Assembly (NCBI GenBank): GCA_019244185.1
Contig: JAFATB010000002.1
Coordinates: 102,551 to 166,550 of the forward strand
Origin: Acidobacteriota bacterium
GTDB lineage: Bacteria; Acidobacteriota; Thermoanaerobaculia; Gp7-AA8
DNA: 64,000 bases
Direction: 5' to 3'
The position numbers and the translations under genes were made by a program. Shown piece by piece: positions 10,082 to 19,096 of the stretch (positions are counted from its first letter, which is position 1; each line of letters begins with the position of its first letter). The notes under the pieces were generated by a model. That model had not been told where the DNA came from, did no database searches, and saw nothing but the letters and a program-made list of their open reading frames with translations.

Positions 10082-11004
10082 GCCTGCCTCGCCTTCATCT
10101 CCTGCGGCACGAGAGACTGATAGATGAAGTTCGTCGCCGGCGTGGCCACGCCGCGTTCGACGCCGAGGCGCACGATCGCGCCGAGCTGCGCCTCGAGCTC
10201 GGACGGCCGGCCGGCGAGGACGTCGCGCTGCAACGACGAGGTCGACTCCGGCGGCATCGCGTCGCACGTTGCCCAGATGCGCGCGACGGCGTCGGAGCCG
10301 AGGTCGACGCCGTGCGCCGCGGCGAGCGCCACGACTTCCTCGAGCGACGCGGTGACGATGTCGCGGATGCCCGGCACGATCCGCCACTGGCCAATCGGCA
10401 CGCGCGTGAGCGCGCCGATGCCGCTCATCGGCGCGATGAAGAGGAACTTCGTCCACATCGCCTGATGAATGTCCGGCGGGATCTCCGCCTTGACGCCGGC
10501 GCGCACGAACGCTTCGAGCAGGCGATCGGCGCGCGCGCTGCGCGCGTTGTCGAGCTCTCCGAACATCACCGTCGGCTCGTACGCGATGTGGCGGATGTGC
10601 CCCGGCTCGACGATGAAGCTGACGATCGCGCAGAGGCCGCCGAGCACGTGCTCGCGGCCGACGACGTTCGCGAGCACGGTGGGGGAGTCGATGCCGTTCT
10701 CCAGCGGGACGACGGCCGTGTCCTCGCCGATGAGCGGCGCGAGCTGCGCCGCGGCCTCGGGGATCTGCCACGCTTTCACGGTGACGAGCACCGCGTCGAC
10801 GGGACCGACGCTCGCGGCGTCGTCCGTGGCGTTGACATGGTCGAGCGTGAAATCGCCGGCGATGCTGTCGACGCGCAGGCCGCGCGTGCGCAGCGCGTCG
10901 AGCATGGCGCCGCGAGCGATGAACGTGGTGTCGACGCCCGCGTGCGCGAGCCGTCCGCCGAAGTAACCGCCAACGCCGCCGCAGCCGAGGACCGCGATCT
11001 TCAT
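10078..11004 (-). CDS. panE: 2-dehydropantoate 2-reductase
   Basis: VLGCGGVGGYFG, VKAW, PLENG, WTKF, SSLQRD...GRPSELE. Confidence 0.92.
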   Translation of the reverse strand: MKIAVLGCGGVGGYFGGRLAHAGVDTTFIARGAMLDALRTRGLRVDSIAGDFTLDHVNATDDAASVGPVDAVLVTVKAWQIPEAAAQLAPLIGEDTAVVPLENGIDSPTVLANVVGREHVLGGLCAIVSFIVEPGHIRHIAYEPTVMFGELDNARSARADRLLEAFVRAGVKAEIPPDIHQAMWTKFLFIAPMSGIGALTRVPIGQWRIVPGIRDIVTASLEEVVALAAAHGVDLGSDAVARIWATCDAMPPESTSSLQRDVLAGRPSELEAQLGAIVRLGVERGVATPATNFIYQSLVPQEMKARQA

Positions 11005-11031
11005 GCGGCGTTTTCTATCACGGTTTGCTTT

Positions 11032-11550
11032 TCACGGTTTCCACGCGCCGCCGTGGCGATGCGCCTTCATCCACACCTCGTGCACGCCGCCCGCGTCGAG
11101 CATCTTCGCGATCCAGACGATCTGGCCGACGTGCGTCGAGAGATGCGAGAGCACGTTGACGACGTCCTCGATCACGAGGTCGTGCATCGCCGGCTCGGGC
11201 GACGGCTCGCTGAGCCGCGCGGGCGTCAGCGCGTCGAACGTGCGCACCGCGCTCGCGACCATCTCGTCGAACATCGCCAGCACGTCCTTCTTCGGCAGCG
11301 CGCGCCGCTCGGCGAATTCCGCGGCGCGGTCGCGCGTGAACGGGAAGCCGCCGATGTTGCGATTGAGGTAGAGATTGAGCGAGCCGGTGAGATGCAGCAG
11401 GAGGTTGCCGATCGAGTTCGAAGACTCGTTCGGCCTCCACCAGAGCTGTTCGTCCGTGAGTCCGGCGACGGCGGCGTGGATCTGTTCCGGGAAGACGCGG
11501 GTCACGCGCGTCCGGAGCGCATCGATGAGCGTTTGCAGAGTGTCGGTCAT
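11032..11550 (-). CDS. DinB / DUF1572 family protein
   Basis: LWWRPNESSNSIGNLLLHLTG, RDRAAEF, H...HVGQIVWIAK. Confidence 0.85.
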   Translation of the reverse strand: MTDTLQTLIDALRTRVTRVFPEQIHAAVAGLTDEQLWWRPNESSNSIGNLLLHLTGSLNLYLNRNIGGFPFTRDRAAEFAERRALPKKDVLAMFDEMVASAVRTFDALTPARLSEPSPEPAMHDLVIEDVVNVLSHLSTHVGQIVWIAKMLDAGGVHEVWMKAHRHGGAWKP

Positions 11551-11596
11551 ATGGCGTGCCTCTATTTTGCGGTAGAATCGCGCCCTCCCGGCAACA

Positions 11597-11612
11597 CGGC
11601 GCGATCCTTGCG
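11597..11612 (+). promoter_or_regulatory. Possible sigma54 (-24/-12) promoter for pckA
   Basis: CGGCGCGATCCTTGCG versus consensus TGGCACG-N4-TTGCW, with exact GG-N10-GC spacing, about 40 nt before the ATG. Confidence 0.4.
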
Positions 11613-11654
11613 TCGGATTCGACTCACTTCAACGCCAACGTCAAAAGGACCTAC

Positions 11655-13265
11655 ATGAGCGAAATCGTATCCGCCACGAACACGGCTCCTGTCCGGCCCG
11701 CGGCCCATAAAACCGCATCCCGCCACGAGAAAACGCTGCCCGTCCATCCGAAGTCCGTCGTCTGGAATCCAACGCCCGAACAGCTGCGCGCGTTTGCGGC
11801 GGAGATGCCGAACGCCCGCGAGACGGAATTCGGGAACCTCAACGTCGCCACGCGCGTCGTGTCGCGTTCGAAGCTCTCAACCTTCATCGCCACCGACACG
11901 CCCGAACAGCACTCCGATCAGACGATCTCGCGCGAAGAGTACGCGCGCGTCGCCAAGCTGCAGGACGACTACATCGCCACGCGCGACATGCTCGTCATCG
12001 AAGGCTACATCGGCAACGACCCGGAGTTCCGCGTCCCGGCGCGCCTCATCATCGAGAAGTCGAACGCGAACATCGCCGCGATGCAGCACATCCTCTACTA
12101 CCCGGCCACGCCCGCGGAGATCGCGGAATTCGAGCCGGCGCTGACCGTCATCTACACGCCGAACCTGAAGGCGGACGGCTATCCCGACGAACGCCTCATC
12201 GCGGTCGACCTCGAGCACTACACGACGCGCGTCTTCAACTCGGATTACTTCGGCGAGTCGAAGAAGGGCGGTCTGCGCATGTGGAACAAGCTGGTGTACG
12301 AGCGCGGCGGTCTCGCGCTGCACGCCGGCTGCAAAGTGATTCCCGTCGACGGCCAGCAGCGCGTCGGCCTGATCGTCGGCCTCTCCGGCACCGGCAAAAC
12401 GACGACCACGTTCACGAAGCAGAACAACTCGCAGCCGGTGCAGGACGACTTCTGCGCGCTCATGCCCGGCGGCAAGATCTACGCGACCGAGAACGGCTGC
12501 TTCGCGAAGACGTTCGGCCTCAACCCGAACGACGAGCCGACGATCTATCACGCCTGCGCGTCGACGCACGCGTATCTCGAGAACGTCTCGCAGAATGAAG
12601 AAGGCAAGATCGACTACTTCGACACGTCGTACACGCCGAACGGCCGCGCCGTCATCCGCATGGACGACATCGCTGGCGCCGCCGACGCGCGCGAGGTGAA
12701 CAACGTCGACTTCCTGTTGATCCTCAACCGCAACGAGAACATCATCCCGGCCGTTGCGAAGCTCGAAGGTCCACTCGCCGCCGCCTACTTCATGCTCGGC
12801 GAAACGAAAGGCACCTCCGCCGGCGGCGCCGCCGAAGCCGGCAAGTCGCTGCGCGTCCCCGGCACGAACCCGTTCTTCCCGCTGCTGCATGCGTATCAAG
12901 GCAATCGCATGAATCAGCTGATGAAGGACAGCCCGATGGAGGTCTACCTCATGAACACGGGCGCCATCGGCGGCGACGGCAAGCAGGAAGGCTCGAAGAA
13001 GGTGAAGATCCAGCACTCGTCGGCCGTCGTGAAAGCGATCGCCGAGGGGACGATCAAGTGGGAACAGGACCCCGACTTCGGCTACCTCGTCGCCACCGAA
13101 GTCCCCGGCATCGACGACCCCGACTACCTCCAGCCGAAGAAGATGTACGAGCGGCAGGGAAGACTCGACGAGTACAACGCCCTCGTCGAGAAGTACAACA
13201 AGGACCGCCGCGACTACCTCCGCAAGTGGAAGGGCCTCGACGAAGAGATCGTGAACGCGATCTGA
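11655..13265 (+). CDS. pckA: Phosphoenolpyruvate carboxykinase (ATP)
   Basis: YFGESKKG, LHAG, GLSGTGKTT P-loop, QDD, ENGCFAKT, ENV, NGRA, YLMNTG. SD AAAGGA before ATG 11655. Confidence 0.93.
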   Translation: MSEIVSATNTAPVRPAAHKTASRHEKTLPVHPKSVVWNPTPEQLRAFAAEMPNARETEFGNLNVATRVVSRSKLSTFIATDTPEQHSDQTISREEYARVAKLQDDYIATRDMLVIEGYIGNDPEFRVPARLIIEKSNANIAAMQHILYYPATPAEIAEFEPALTVIYTPNLKADGYPDERLIAVDLEHYTTRVFNSDYFGESKKGGLRMWNKLVYERGGLALHAGCKVIPVDGQQRVGLIVGLSGTGKTTTTFTKQNNSQPVQDDFCALMPGGKIYATENGCFAKTFGLNPNDEPTIYHACASTHAYLENVSQNEEGKIDYFDTSYTPNGRAVIRMDDIAGAADAREVNNVDFLLILNRNENIIPAVAKLEGPLAAAYFMLGETKGTSAGGAAEAGKSLRVPGTNPFFPLLHAYQGNRMNQLMKDSPMEVYLMNTGAIGGDGKQEGSKKVKIQHSSAVVKAIAEGTIKWEQDPDFGYLVATEVPGIDDPDYLQPKKMYERQGRLDEYNALVEKYNKDRRDYLRKWKGLDEEIVNAI

Positions 13266-13288
13266 CGTTTGCGCTACGAATGAGACGA

Positions 13289-13318
13289 GCGAACGGCGGC
13301 CGCGAGGCCGCCCTTCGC
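13289..13318. terminator. GC-rich hairpin between convergent pckA and toxin genes
   Basis: GCGAA.GGCGGCC-GCGA-GGCCGCC.TTCGC with a GNRA loop; no long U tract. Confidence 0.6.
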
Positions 13319-13321
13319 GGT

Positions 13322-13627
13322 TCAGGTGAGTTGTTGGAGACGATCGCGCCAGTACGCGGGACGTCTTCGGTGATGGGCTACCGCCACGATCACGACTTCG
13401 TCCGCATCTGCCACGTAGATGACGTTGTACCGGAACGTCCGCAGCCCGAACTTCCGCACGCGGCCGCCGATTACTGGTCCCGCCAGCGGCCGTCTCGCGA
13501 TGAACTGCACGGCGTCGAGTAATGCGGCTTCGAAGCGCTCGCCGAGTCCTGCCCGCTGGCCGTCGAAGTACGCAATCGCCTCATCGACTTCCGCCTCGGC
13601 GACCCTGAGAAAGCGAACGTCGATCAC
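13322..13627 (-). CDS. RelE/ParE family type II toxin
   Basis: AEAEVDEAIAYF, LGERF, FRYNVIY, IVAVAHHRRRPAYWRDR. Overlaps the antitoxin stop. Confidence 0.9.
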   Translation of the reverse strand: MIDVRFLRVAEAEVDEAIAYFDGQRAGLGERFEAALLDAVQFIARRPLAGPVIGGRVRKFGLRTFRYNVIYVADADEVVIVAVAHHRRRPAYWRDRLQQLT

Positions 13628-13854
13628 TTACGTCGCGCACGCAGCCGCGCGAACACTTCCTCGGCCGGAACGGCGTCCGCTCGACCCTCTTTGTACGCGC
13701 GGTACCGCCGCTCCGCTTCTTGCGCCCAGAGCTGGTCATTCTCTTCTTCGGAGATCTCTTCGAGGCTGTCGAGCAGTTGGCTCGCGAGGTCCGCACGCGC
13801 CGCGATCGGGAGCTCCAGCGCTTCCGCAGCGATATCTTTCAGCGGCCTGCTCAT
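13624..13854 (-). CDS. Addiction-module antitoxin (unstable-antitoxin type)
   Basis: ALELPIAARADLASQLLDSL, WAQEAERRYRAY..G....VPAEEVF. Lies directly upstream of the toxin. Confidence 0.9.
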   Translation of the reverse strand: MSRPLKDIAAEALELPIAARADLASQLLDSLEEISEEENDQLWAQEAERRYRAYKEGRADAVPAEEVFARLRARRK

Positions 13855-13872
13855 GACGTCGATTGTAGCGGT

Positions 13873-16314
13873 TCAGGTCTCCACGTCGAGGAACAGATAG
13901 ATCGCCGACAACGCGAACAGGATGTTCGCACTCCACGCGGACAGCAGCGGCGGCAGGTTGCCGACTTCGCCGAACTTCGTGAAGACGGCGTAGATCATCC
14001 AGTAGACGATGCCGACCACGAGCGCGATGCCGATGCCGTACAGCGCGCCGCGTTTGCCCATGCGGAACGCGAACGGCAGCGCGATCAGCGACATGACCAG
14101 GCTGATCACCGGCCACGAGGCCTTCGAGTACAGCTTCACCGACAGCTCGTCCGCGCCGTAGCCCGAGCTGCGCACGCTCTGGATGTAGCGCCGCAGCTGC
14201 GCGTACGTCATCTGATCCGGCGGCTTCACCTCGGTCGCGAAATCCTCCGGGCGCTCGGGATAGAACAGCGCCAGCGGCTGCGTGATCCGCGTGAACGTCG
14301 AGCGGCCATCGTCGCCGAACGAGCGCATCCAGCCGTCCTCGAACGCCCACGCCTGGCCGTTCCACCGCGCGTGATTCGCGTAGACGCGCCGCGTCAGCCG
14401 GAACTCGGTCGGATGAAACTCGAAGACCTGTACCTGCGTCAGCTGCTTCGCGTTCTTGTCGTACGTGAGGAAGTTGATGAGGTATCGGCCCTTGCCGCGA
14501 TACCAGAGCTTCTGTTGCGCGGCCGACGTCACCGGCGGCTTGCCTTGGATCGTGCGCTTCAGTTCATCGACGCGCTGGTTCGAGTACGGAAGGATGAAGT
14601 CGAGGATGAAGTACGCGAGCACGCTGATGATCGCGGCGACGCAGACGATCGGCACCGCGATGCGATACAGCGACACACCGTTCGACTTGATGGCCGTGAC
14701 CTCGTTGTTCTTCGACAGCACGCCGAACGTCACCAGCGTTGCCACCAGGACCGAGATCGGCAGCGTCCAGTTCAGCACCTGGAAGATCTGGAAGCGGTAG
14801 TACGTGAGCAGCACGTCGAAGCCGATGTTGTTCTCGCGCACTTCCTTCGCGATCTCGGTGTAGTCGACGATGATGAACAGCGCGACCACCGAGATCAGCA
14901 CCATCGCCAGGATCTTGAGGAACTCGCGCAGGATGTAGCGGTCGAGGATGTTCGGGAACGTGATGTCGAGCCGGTTGAGCACCGGCTCATCCTCGACCTG
15001 CGCGCCGCTCGAGACCGCGACGGCAGGCGAGCGCCGCGCGCGTTTCGCCGACAACGCCCCGGCAATCCTCCGCACGATGCCGCCCTCGGGACGGCTGGAG
15101 AGCACATCGCGGTTCGCGCGGCTGAGCAGGTAGAACCCGAGAATCAGCAGCAGGACGTTCGCCGCCCACATCCCGACCGCCGGCGAGACTTTGCCCGTCG
15201 CGGCGAGATGCTCGCCGTTGTTGATCATCACGTAGTAGAAAAGGATGATCGCGATACTTAAAGAAAATCCTGAGCTTTTGCCGCCGCGGCGGTTCGTGAT
15301 GCCGAGCGGCAGGCCGAGGATGCCGAAGGCGATGCAGGCGAACGGAATGGCGAACTTCTTGTGGATCTCGACGCGCGCGAGATTGCGCGTCATGCGGTCT
15401 TCTTCCTGCGTGCTGCGGCGGAGCTTCTGTTCCTCGTTGAGCAGCTCGCGCAGGTCCATCTCACGGAGAGAACGCGCGAGCTGATTGCCGGTGAACTCGG
15501 TGTTGATCGACGGCAGGCGGATGCGCTGCGAGGCGTTGCGGGTGAAGTCGTAGCGGTCGGGCCGGCGCGGATCCCAGATGTGCGTCTCCGCGCCCTGGAG
15601 GTTCATCCACACTTCCTTCGACGGCTTGAGGATGGAGAGATTGCCGGTCTGGGCGACGATGACACGCTGGCCGCCGCCGGTCTGCACGAGCGCGGACGAG
15701 TCGTCGTCGGTGTGCGGCGCCGTAATGTTGTTCGACATCTGCTGCGGCGTCGTGGCGTCGTGCGATTCGTCGGCGCGGTTGTCGGCGACGAACACACCTT
15801 TCCATTTGCCCGTCGCCGGATCCGTATCGTTCACGTAGATCATGAGGTTTTCGTACTGGTCGTAGAAGATCCGCGGCTGGATCGCTTTCTCGGCCGACGA
15901 GGTCATGAGCTCCGCGCGCAGCGCGACGAACTGCTGATTGCCTTTCGGCATCACGAAATTGATGAGGTAGAGGCTCAGCAGGAAGACGAGCGTGCTGAAG
16001 AGAAAGACCGGGCGGTAGATCGTGCGCGTGGAGATGCCGAGCGCGCGCATGGCCACGATCTCGGAGTCGGACGAGAGCCGGCCGATGGCGATGAGGATGC
16101 CGAAGAGCAGCGACATCGGCACGGTGAGCACGATGATGTGCGGCATCGAATACAGGAGCAGCTTGCCGACGGCAGCGCCGGAGAGCGAGCGCCGGATGAT
16201 CATGCCGGCCATGTCGAAGAGGCGCTGCATGAGGATGATGGAGGTGTAGAACGCGAAGCCGAGAAGTGTCGGCCCGAGCATCTCCTTGAAGATGTAGCGC
16301 GTGAGGATCTTCAT
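13873..16314 (-). CDS. lptF: Fused LPS export ABC permease LptF-LptG
   Basis: Two tandem LptF/G units: GRLSSDSEIVAMRALGIS and ILDRYILREF...KNNEVTAIKSNGVS; ends with SAWSANILF. Confidence 0.92.
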   Translation of the reverse strand: MKILTRYIFKEMLGPTLLGFAFYTSIILMQRLFDMAGMIIRRSLSGAAVGKLLLYSMPHIIVLTVPMSLLFGILIAIGRLSSDSEIVAMRALGISTRTIYRPVFLFSTLVFLLSLYLINFVMPKGNQQFVALRAELMTSSAEKAIQPRIFYDQYENLMIYVNDTDPATGKWKGVFVADNRADESHDATTPQQMSNNITAPHTDDDSSALVQTGGGQRVIVAQTGNLSILKPSKEVWMNLQGAETHIWDPRRPDRYDFTRNASQRIRLPSINTEFTGNQLARSLREMDLRELLNEEQKLRRSTQEEDRMTRNLARVEIHKKFAIPFACIAFGILGLPLGITNRRGGKSSGFSLSIAIILFYYVMINNGEHLAATGKVSPAVGMWAANVLLLILGFYLLSRANRDVLSSRPEGGIVRRIAGALSAKRARRSPAVAVSSGAQVEDEPVLNRLDITFPNILDRYILREFLKILAMVLISVVALFIIVDYTEIAKEVRENNIGFDVLLTYYRFQIFQVLNWTLPISVLVATLVTFGVLSKNNEVTAIKSNGVSLYRIAVPIVCVAAIISVLAYFILDFILPYSNQRVDELKRTIQGKPPVTSAAQQKLWYRGKGRYLINFLTYDKNAKQLTQVQVFEFHPTEFRLTRRVYANHARWNGQAWAFEDGWMRSFGDDGRSTFTRITQPLALFYPERPEDFATEVKPPDQMTYAQLRRYIQSVRSSGYGADELSVKLYSKASWPVISLVMSLIALPFAFRMGKRGALYGIGIALVVGIVYWMIYAVFTKFGEVGNLPPLLSAWSANILFALSAIYLFLDVET

Positions 16315-16384
16315 GTCGCGGCTGGATCATCGCGGGATTGGTGCCTGGTCGCAAGGGCTGCCGCGGTTTCCCACGGTTTCCGCA

Positions 16385-16412
16385 GAGTCTCGTAAGATGG
16401 ATTATGTTAAAT
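16385..16412 (+). other. dif: XerC/XerD dif recombination site
   Basis: GAGTCTCGTAA-GATGGA-TTATGTTAAAT, 11-6-11 architecture. The XerD arm is identical to E. coli dif and the XerC arm keeps G...C.C.TAA. Intergenic. Confidence 0.85.
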
Positions 16413-16767
16413 ATCGTGAGGGGTGGCGGTGGGGCGGGCGGCGGCGGATGCGGCGCCCGCTCCTCCGATGACCGACGCCTTGCCGCTTGGAAGATGACTC
16501 GGCCCCGTGTCGCTGCGAGCGCCGGCACGCGTGCGCGCGTGCTGCGCGGCACGGCGCCGACGTGAACATGACCGGCGGCGCGGCCGACGATCGCGCCAAG
16601 AACGGCGTCACACCGCACGATCGCCAGCACGTCCAGCGTCGCGGGTCTTGAGCTTCATCGGACTCGAGCGCATCCGCGCGTGCCATGCGCTCGCGTGCGT
16701 TCGCCGACGCGCCGCTCGCTCGCACACCGCCGCCCGTACGAGTCGCACAACGTGCGCCTCGCGCACC

Positions 16768-17718
16768 TCACGCCGCCGCGATCTCCAGCACATCCGCCAG
16801 CACGGCCGCGGCGGTCGGCATCGAGCCGGCGCCGCGGCCGCTGAGGCAGATCTCGCCGACGGCGCGGCCGCGGATCACCACCGCGTTCTGTTCGTCGACA
16901 ACGCGTGCGAGCGGATCGTTCGCTGGCAACGCGCGTGTCTCGACCGTCAGCTCGACGCCGCCATGCACCCGTGTTGCCTCGGCGACTTGGCGCAGTACGC
17001 GACCGTTTCTGCGCGCATGCTCGACGTCCGCCACCGTGATGCTCGCGATGCCATCGACGCGCGTACGCCGTGGCGGTGCGTCGAACGCAAGCTCGGCGAG
17101 AATGCGCAGCTTCTGCGCCGCGTCTTCGCCGCTGAGGTCGAGCGACGGATCAGCTTCCGCAAACCCGCGCTCCTGCGCGCACGCGAGCGCCTCCGCCAAG
17201 GACAGTCCGGCTTCCATGCGCGTGAGCACGTAGTTCGACGTCCCGTTGAGGATGCCGCGGATCGACTCGATCGAATCGCCGGCGAGTCCGCGGCGCAATG
17301 CGCCGACGACGGGCACGCCGCCGCAGACGCTCGCCTCGAATCCGATCGCGACGCCGCTGCGCGCCGCCGCCGCGAACAACTCGCCGCCTGCCGTCGCCAG
17401 CAGCGCCTTGTTCGCGGTCACGACATGCCGCCGGCGCGCGAGCGCGCGGCGCACGAACGCGGCGGCCGCGTGCACGCCGCCGACCGTTTCGACGACGACG
17501 TCGCAGGTGTCGTCGTCGATGACGTCCGTGGCCGCCGTCGTGAGGAGCGCGCGATCCGCGATCGCGCGCTCCTTGGCGGCGTCGCGCACGAGAATGCGCG
17601 TGATGGAAAGCTCGACGCCGTGACGCGCGCGAATCCGCGCGCCTTCGCGTTCGACGAGCTGCACGAAGCCGCCGCCGACGGTGCCGCAGCCGAGGAGACC
17701 GATGCGCACGCGTTTCAT
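16768..17718 (-). CDS. hom: Homoserine dehydrogenase (short form, no ACT domain)
   Basis: GLLGCGTVGGG, VVTANKAL, FEASVCGGVP, GILNGTSNY, GFAEADP..D..GEDAAQKL, GRGAGSMPTA. ATG overlaps the metB stop (ATGA). Confidence 0.93.
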   Translation of the reverse strand: MKRVRIGLLGCGTVGGGFVQLVEREGARIRARHGVELSITRILVRDAAKERAIADRALLTTAATDVIDDDTCDVVVETVGGVHAAAAFVRRALARRRHVVTANKALLATAGGELFAAAARSGVAIGFEASVCGGVPVVGALRRGLAGDSIESIRGILNGTSNYVLTRMEAGLSLAEALACAQERGFAEADPSLDLSGEDAAQKLRILAELAFDAPPRRTRVDGIASITVADVEHARRNGRVLRQVAEATRVHGGVELTVETRALPANDPLARVVDEQNAVVIRGRAVGEICLSGRGAGSMPTAAAVLADVLEIAAA

Positions 17719-18902
17719 GCGACTCGCTCCTCGCCCGCCGCCGCGTCGCGGCGTACCGTACGCGCGAACGCCTGCTCGAGATCGTCGATGAGATCGCGCA
17801 CGTCTTCGAGTCCGACCGACAGTCGGATCAGACTGTCGCTGATGCCGACGTTTCGGCGCACCTCCGGCTCGACGGACGCGTGCGTCATCGTCGCCGGATG
17901 GCAGAAGAGACTCTTCACCGAGCCGAGGCTCTCGGCGAGCGTCCAGAGGTGCGGGCGGCGGGTGAAGGCGCGCGTTTCTTCGAGCGTGGTGTCGAGCTCG
18001 AACGACACGATCGCGCCGAAGCGCGCCATCTGGCGGCGCGCGATCGCGTGTCCCGGCTCGTCGACGAGGCCGGGATAGTAGACGCGTCGCACGAGATCGT
18101 GTGCGAGGAGCCAGCGCGCGACCAGCTCGGCGTTCGAGCAATGCCGCTCCATCCGCAAGCCGAGCGTCTTGATGCCGCGCAAGACGAGAAAGCAATCCTG
18201 CGGACCGGGCACCGCGCCGATGGCGTTCTGCAGGAACTTCAGCTCGTCGTAGAGTCCCTGATCGTTCGTGACCACGGCGCCGCCGAGGACGTCGCTGTGG
18301 CCGTTGATGTACTTGGTCGTCGAGTGCAGGACGAGATCGGCGCCGAGCGCGAGCGGCTGTTGCAGCACCGGCGTGGCAAACGTGTTGTCAACAACAGTGG
18401 TAATTCGGTTGGCACGAGCGATGGCAGAACACTTGGCGATGTCGGTGACATGCAGCAGCGGATTCGACGGCGTCTCCAGCCAGAGCAGCTTCGTCTCGGG
18501 GCGGATGGCGGCGTCGATGTTCGCCGGCGACGTCGTATCAACGAACGTGAACTCGATGCCGAAGCGCGCGAAGACTTTGGTGAAGATGCGCCACGCACCG
18601 CCGTAGAGGTCGCGCGTCGAGATGACGTGGTCTCCCCTGCTCAGCAGCGAAAGCACGGTGTGGATCGCGGCCATGCCGCTCGCGAACGCGAGGCCGTGGC
18701 GCGCGCCTTCGAGCGCGGCGAGGTTCTCCTCGAGCGCGGCGCGCGTCGGGTGACCGGTGCGCGCGTAGCAGAAGCCGTTATTTACGCCGGGCTCGGTCTG
18801 GCGGAAGGTCGAGGTCTGATAGATCGGCGTGGTGACGGCGCCGGTCGACGGATCGTCCGCCTGGCCGGCGTGAATGGCACGGGTATCGAAGCGGTAGGAC
18901 AT
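17715..18902 (-). CDS. metB: Cystathionine gamma-synthase/lyase family PLP enzyme
   Basis: PIYQTSTF, FASGMAAI, LETPSNP, VDNTFATP, HSTTKYINGHSDV, LAESLG, IRLSVGLE. SD GGAGG before ATG 18902. Synthase versus lyase not resolvable by eye. Confidence 0.85.
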   Translation of the reverse strand: MSYRFDTRAIHAGQADDPSTGAVTTPIYQTSTFRQTEPGVNNGFCYARTGHPTRAALEENLAALEGARHGLAFASGMAAIHTVLSLLSRGDHVISTRDLYGGAWRIFTKVFARFGIEFTFVDTTSPANIDAAIRPETKLLWLETPSNPLLHVTDIAKCSAIARANRITTVVDNTFATPVLQQPLALGADLVLHSTTKYINGHSDVLGGAVVTNDQGLYDELKFLQNAIGAVPGPQDCFLVLRGIKTLGLRMERHCSNAELVARWLLAHDLVRRVYYPGLVDEPGHAIARRQMARFGAIVSFELDTTLEETRAFTRRPHLWTLAESLGSVKSLFCHPATMTHASVEPEVRRNVGISDSLIRLSVGLEDVRDLIDDLEQAFARTVRRDAAAGEERVA

Positions 18903-18981
18903 TTGTTCCTCCGAACGCAAAGGTTCTGTGCGTGGCTGCGGGAGGGAAAGGCGCGGAGGGACCCGGGTCGGAAAACGCGGC

Positions 18982-19056
18982 TTACGCGTTCGCGCCCGGG
19001 CAACGCATCATCATTCGGCCCGAGAAGGTGAAGCTGTCGGTCGAACGGCGCGTCAT
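18982..19056 (-). CDS. Putative Met-rich leader peptide MTRRSTDSFTFSGRMMMRCPGANA (24 aa)
   Basis: Translated by hand. Contains ATG ATG ATG CGT TGC. Lies between the promoter and metB. Confidence 0.7.
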   Translation of the reverse strand: MTRRSTDSFTFSGRMMMRCPGANA

Positions 19057-19067
19057 GTTGGCGCGGG

Positions 19068-19096
19068 AGAGTACGCGTGCGTCAGTCGCGTGTCAA
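19068..19096 (-). promoter_or_regulatory. sigma70 promoter of the leader-metB-hom unit
   Basis: TTGACA (19096-19091), 17 nt, TACTCT (19073-19068). The -35 box overlaps the parB stop codon. Confidence 0.8.

Larger units (their letters stand above)
13317..13878. repeat. 11-bp direct repeat GCGGTTCAGGT flanking the TA module
   Basis: Copies at 13317-13327 and 13868-13878. Each contains a stop codon (toxin and lptFG respectively). Confidence 0.6.

Noticed and set aside
18903-19090. SAM-I riboswitch or T-box upstream of metB
   Set aside because: No AUCxAGAG/GCAACC/GUGC core, no T-box AGGUGGxACC and no terminator seen. A leader peptide fits better. An Rfam scan is still advisable.
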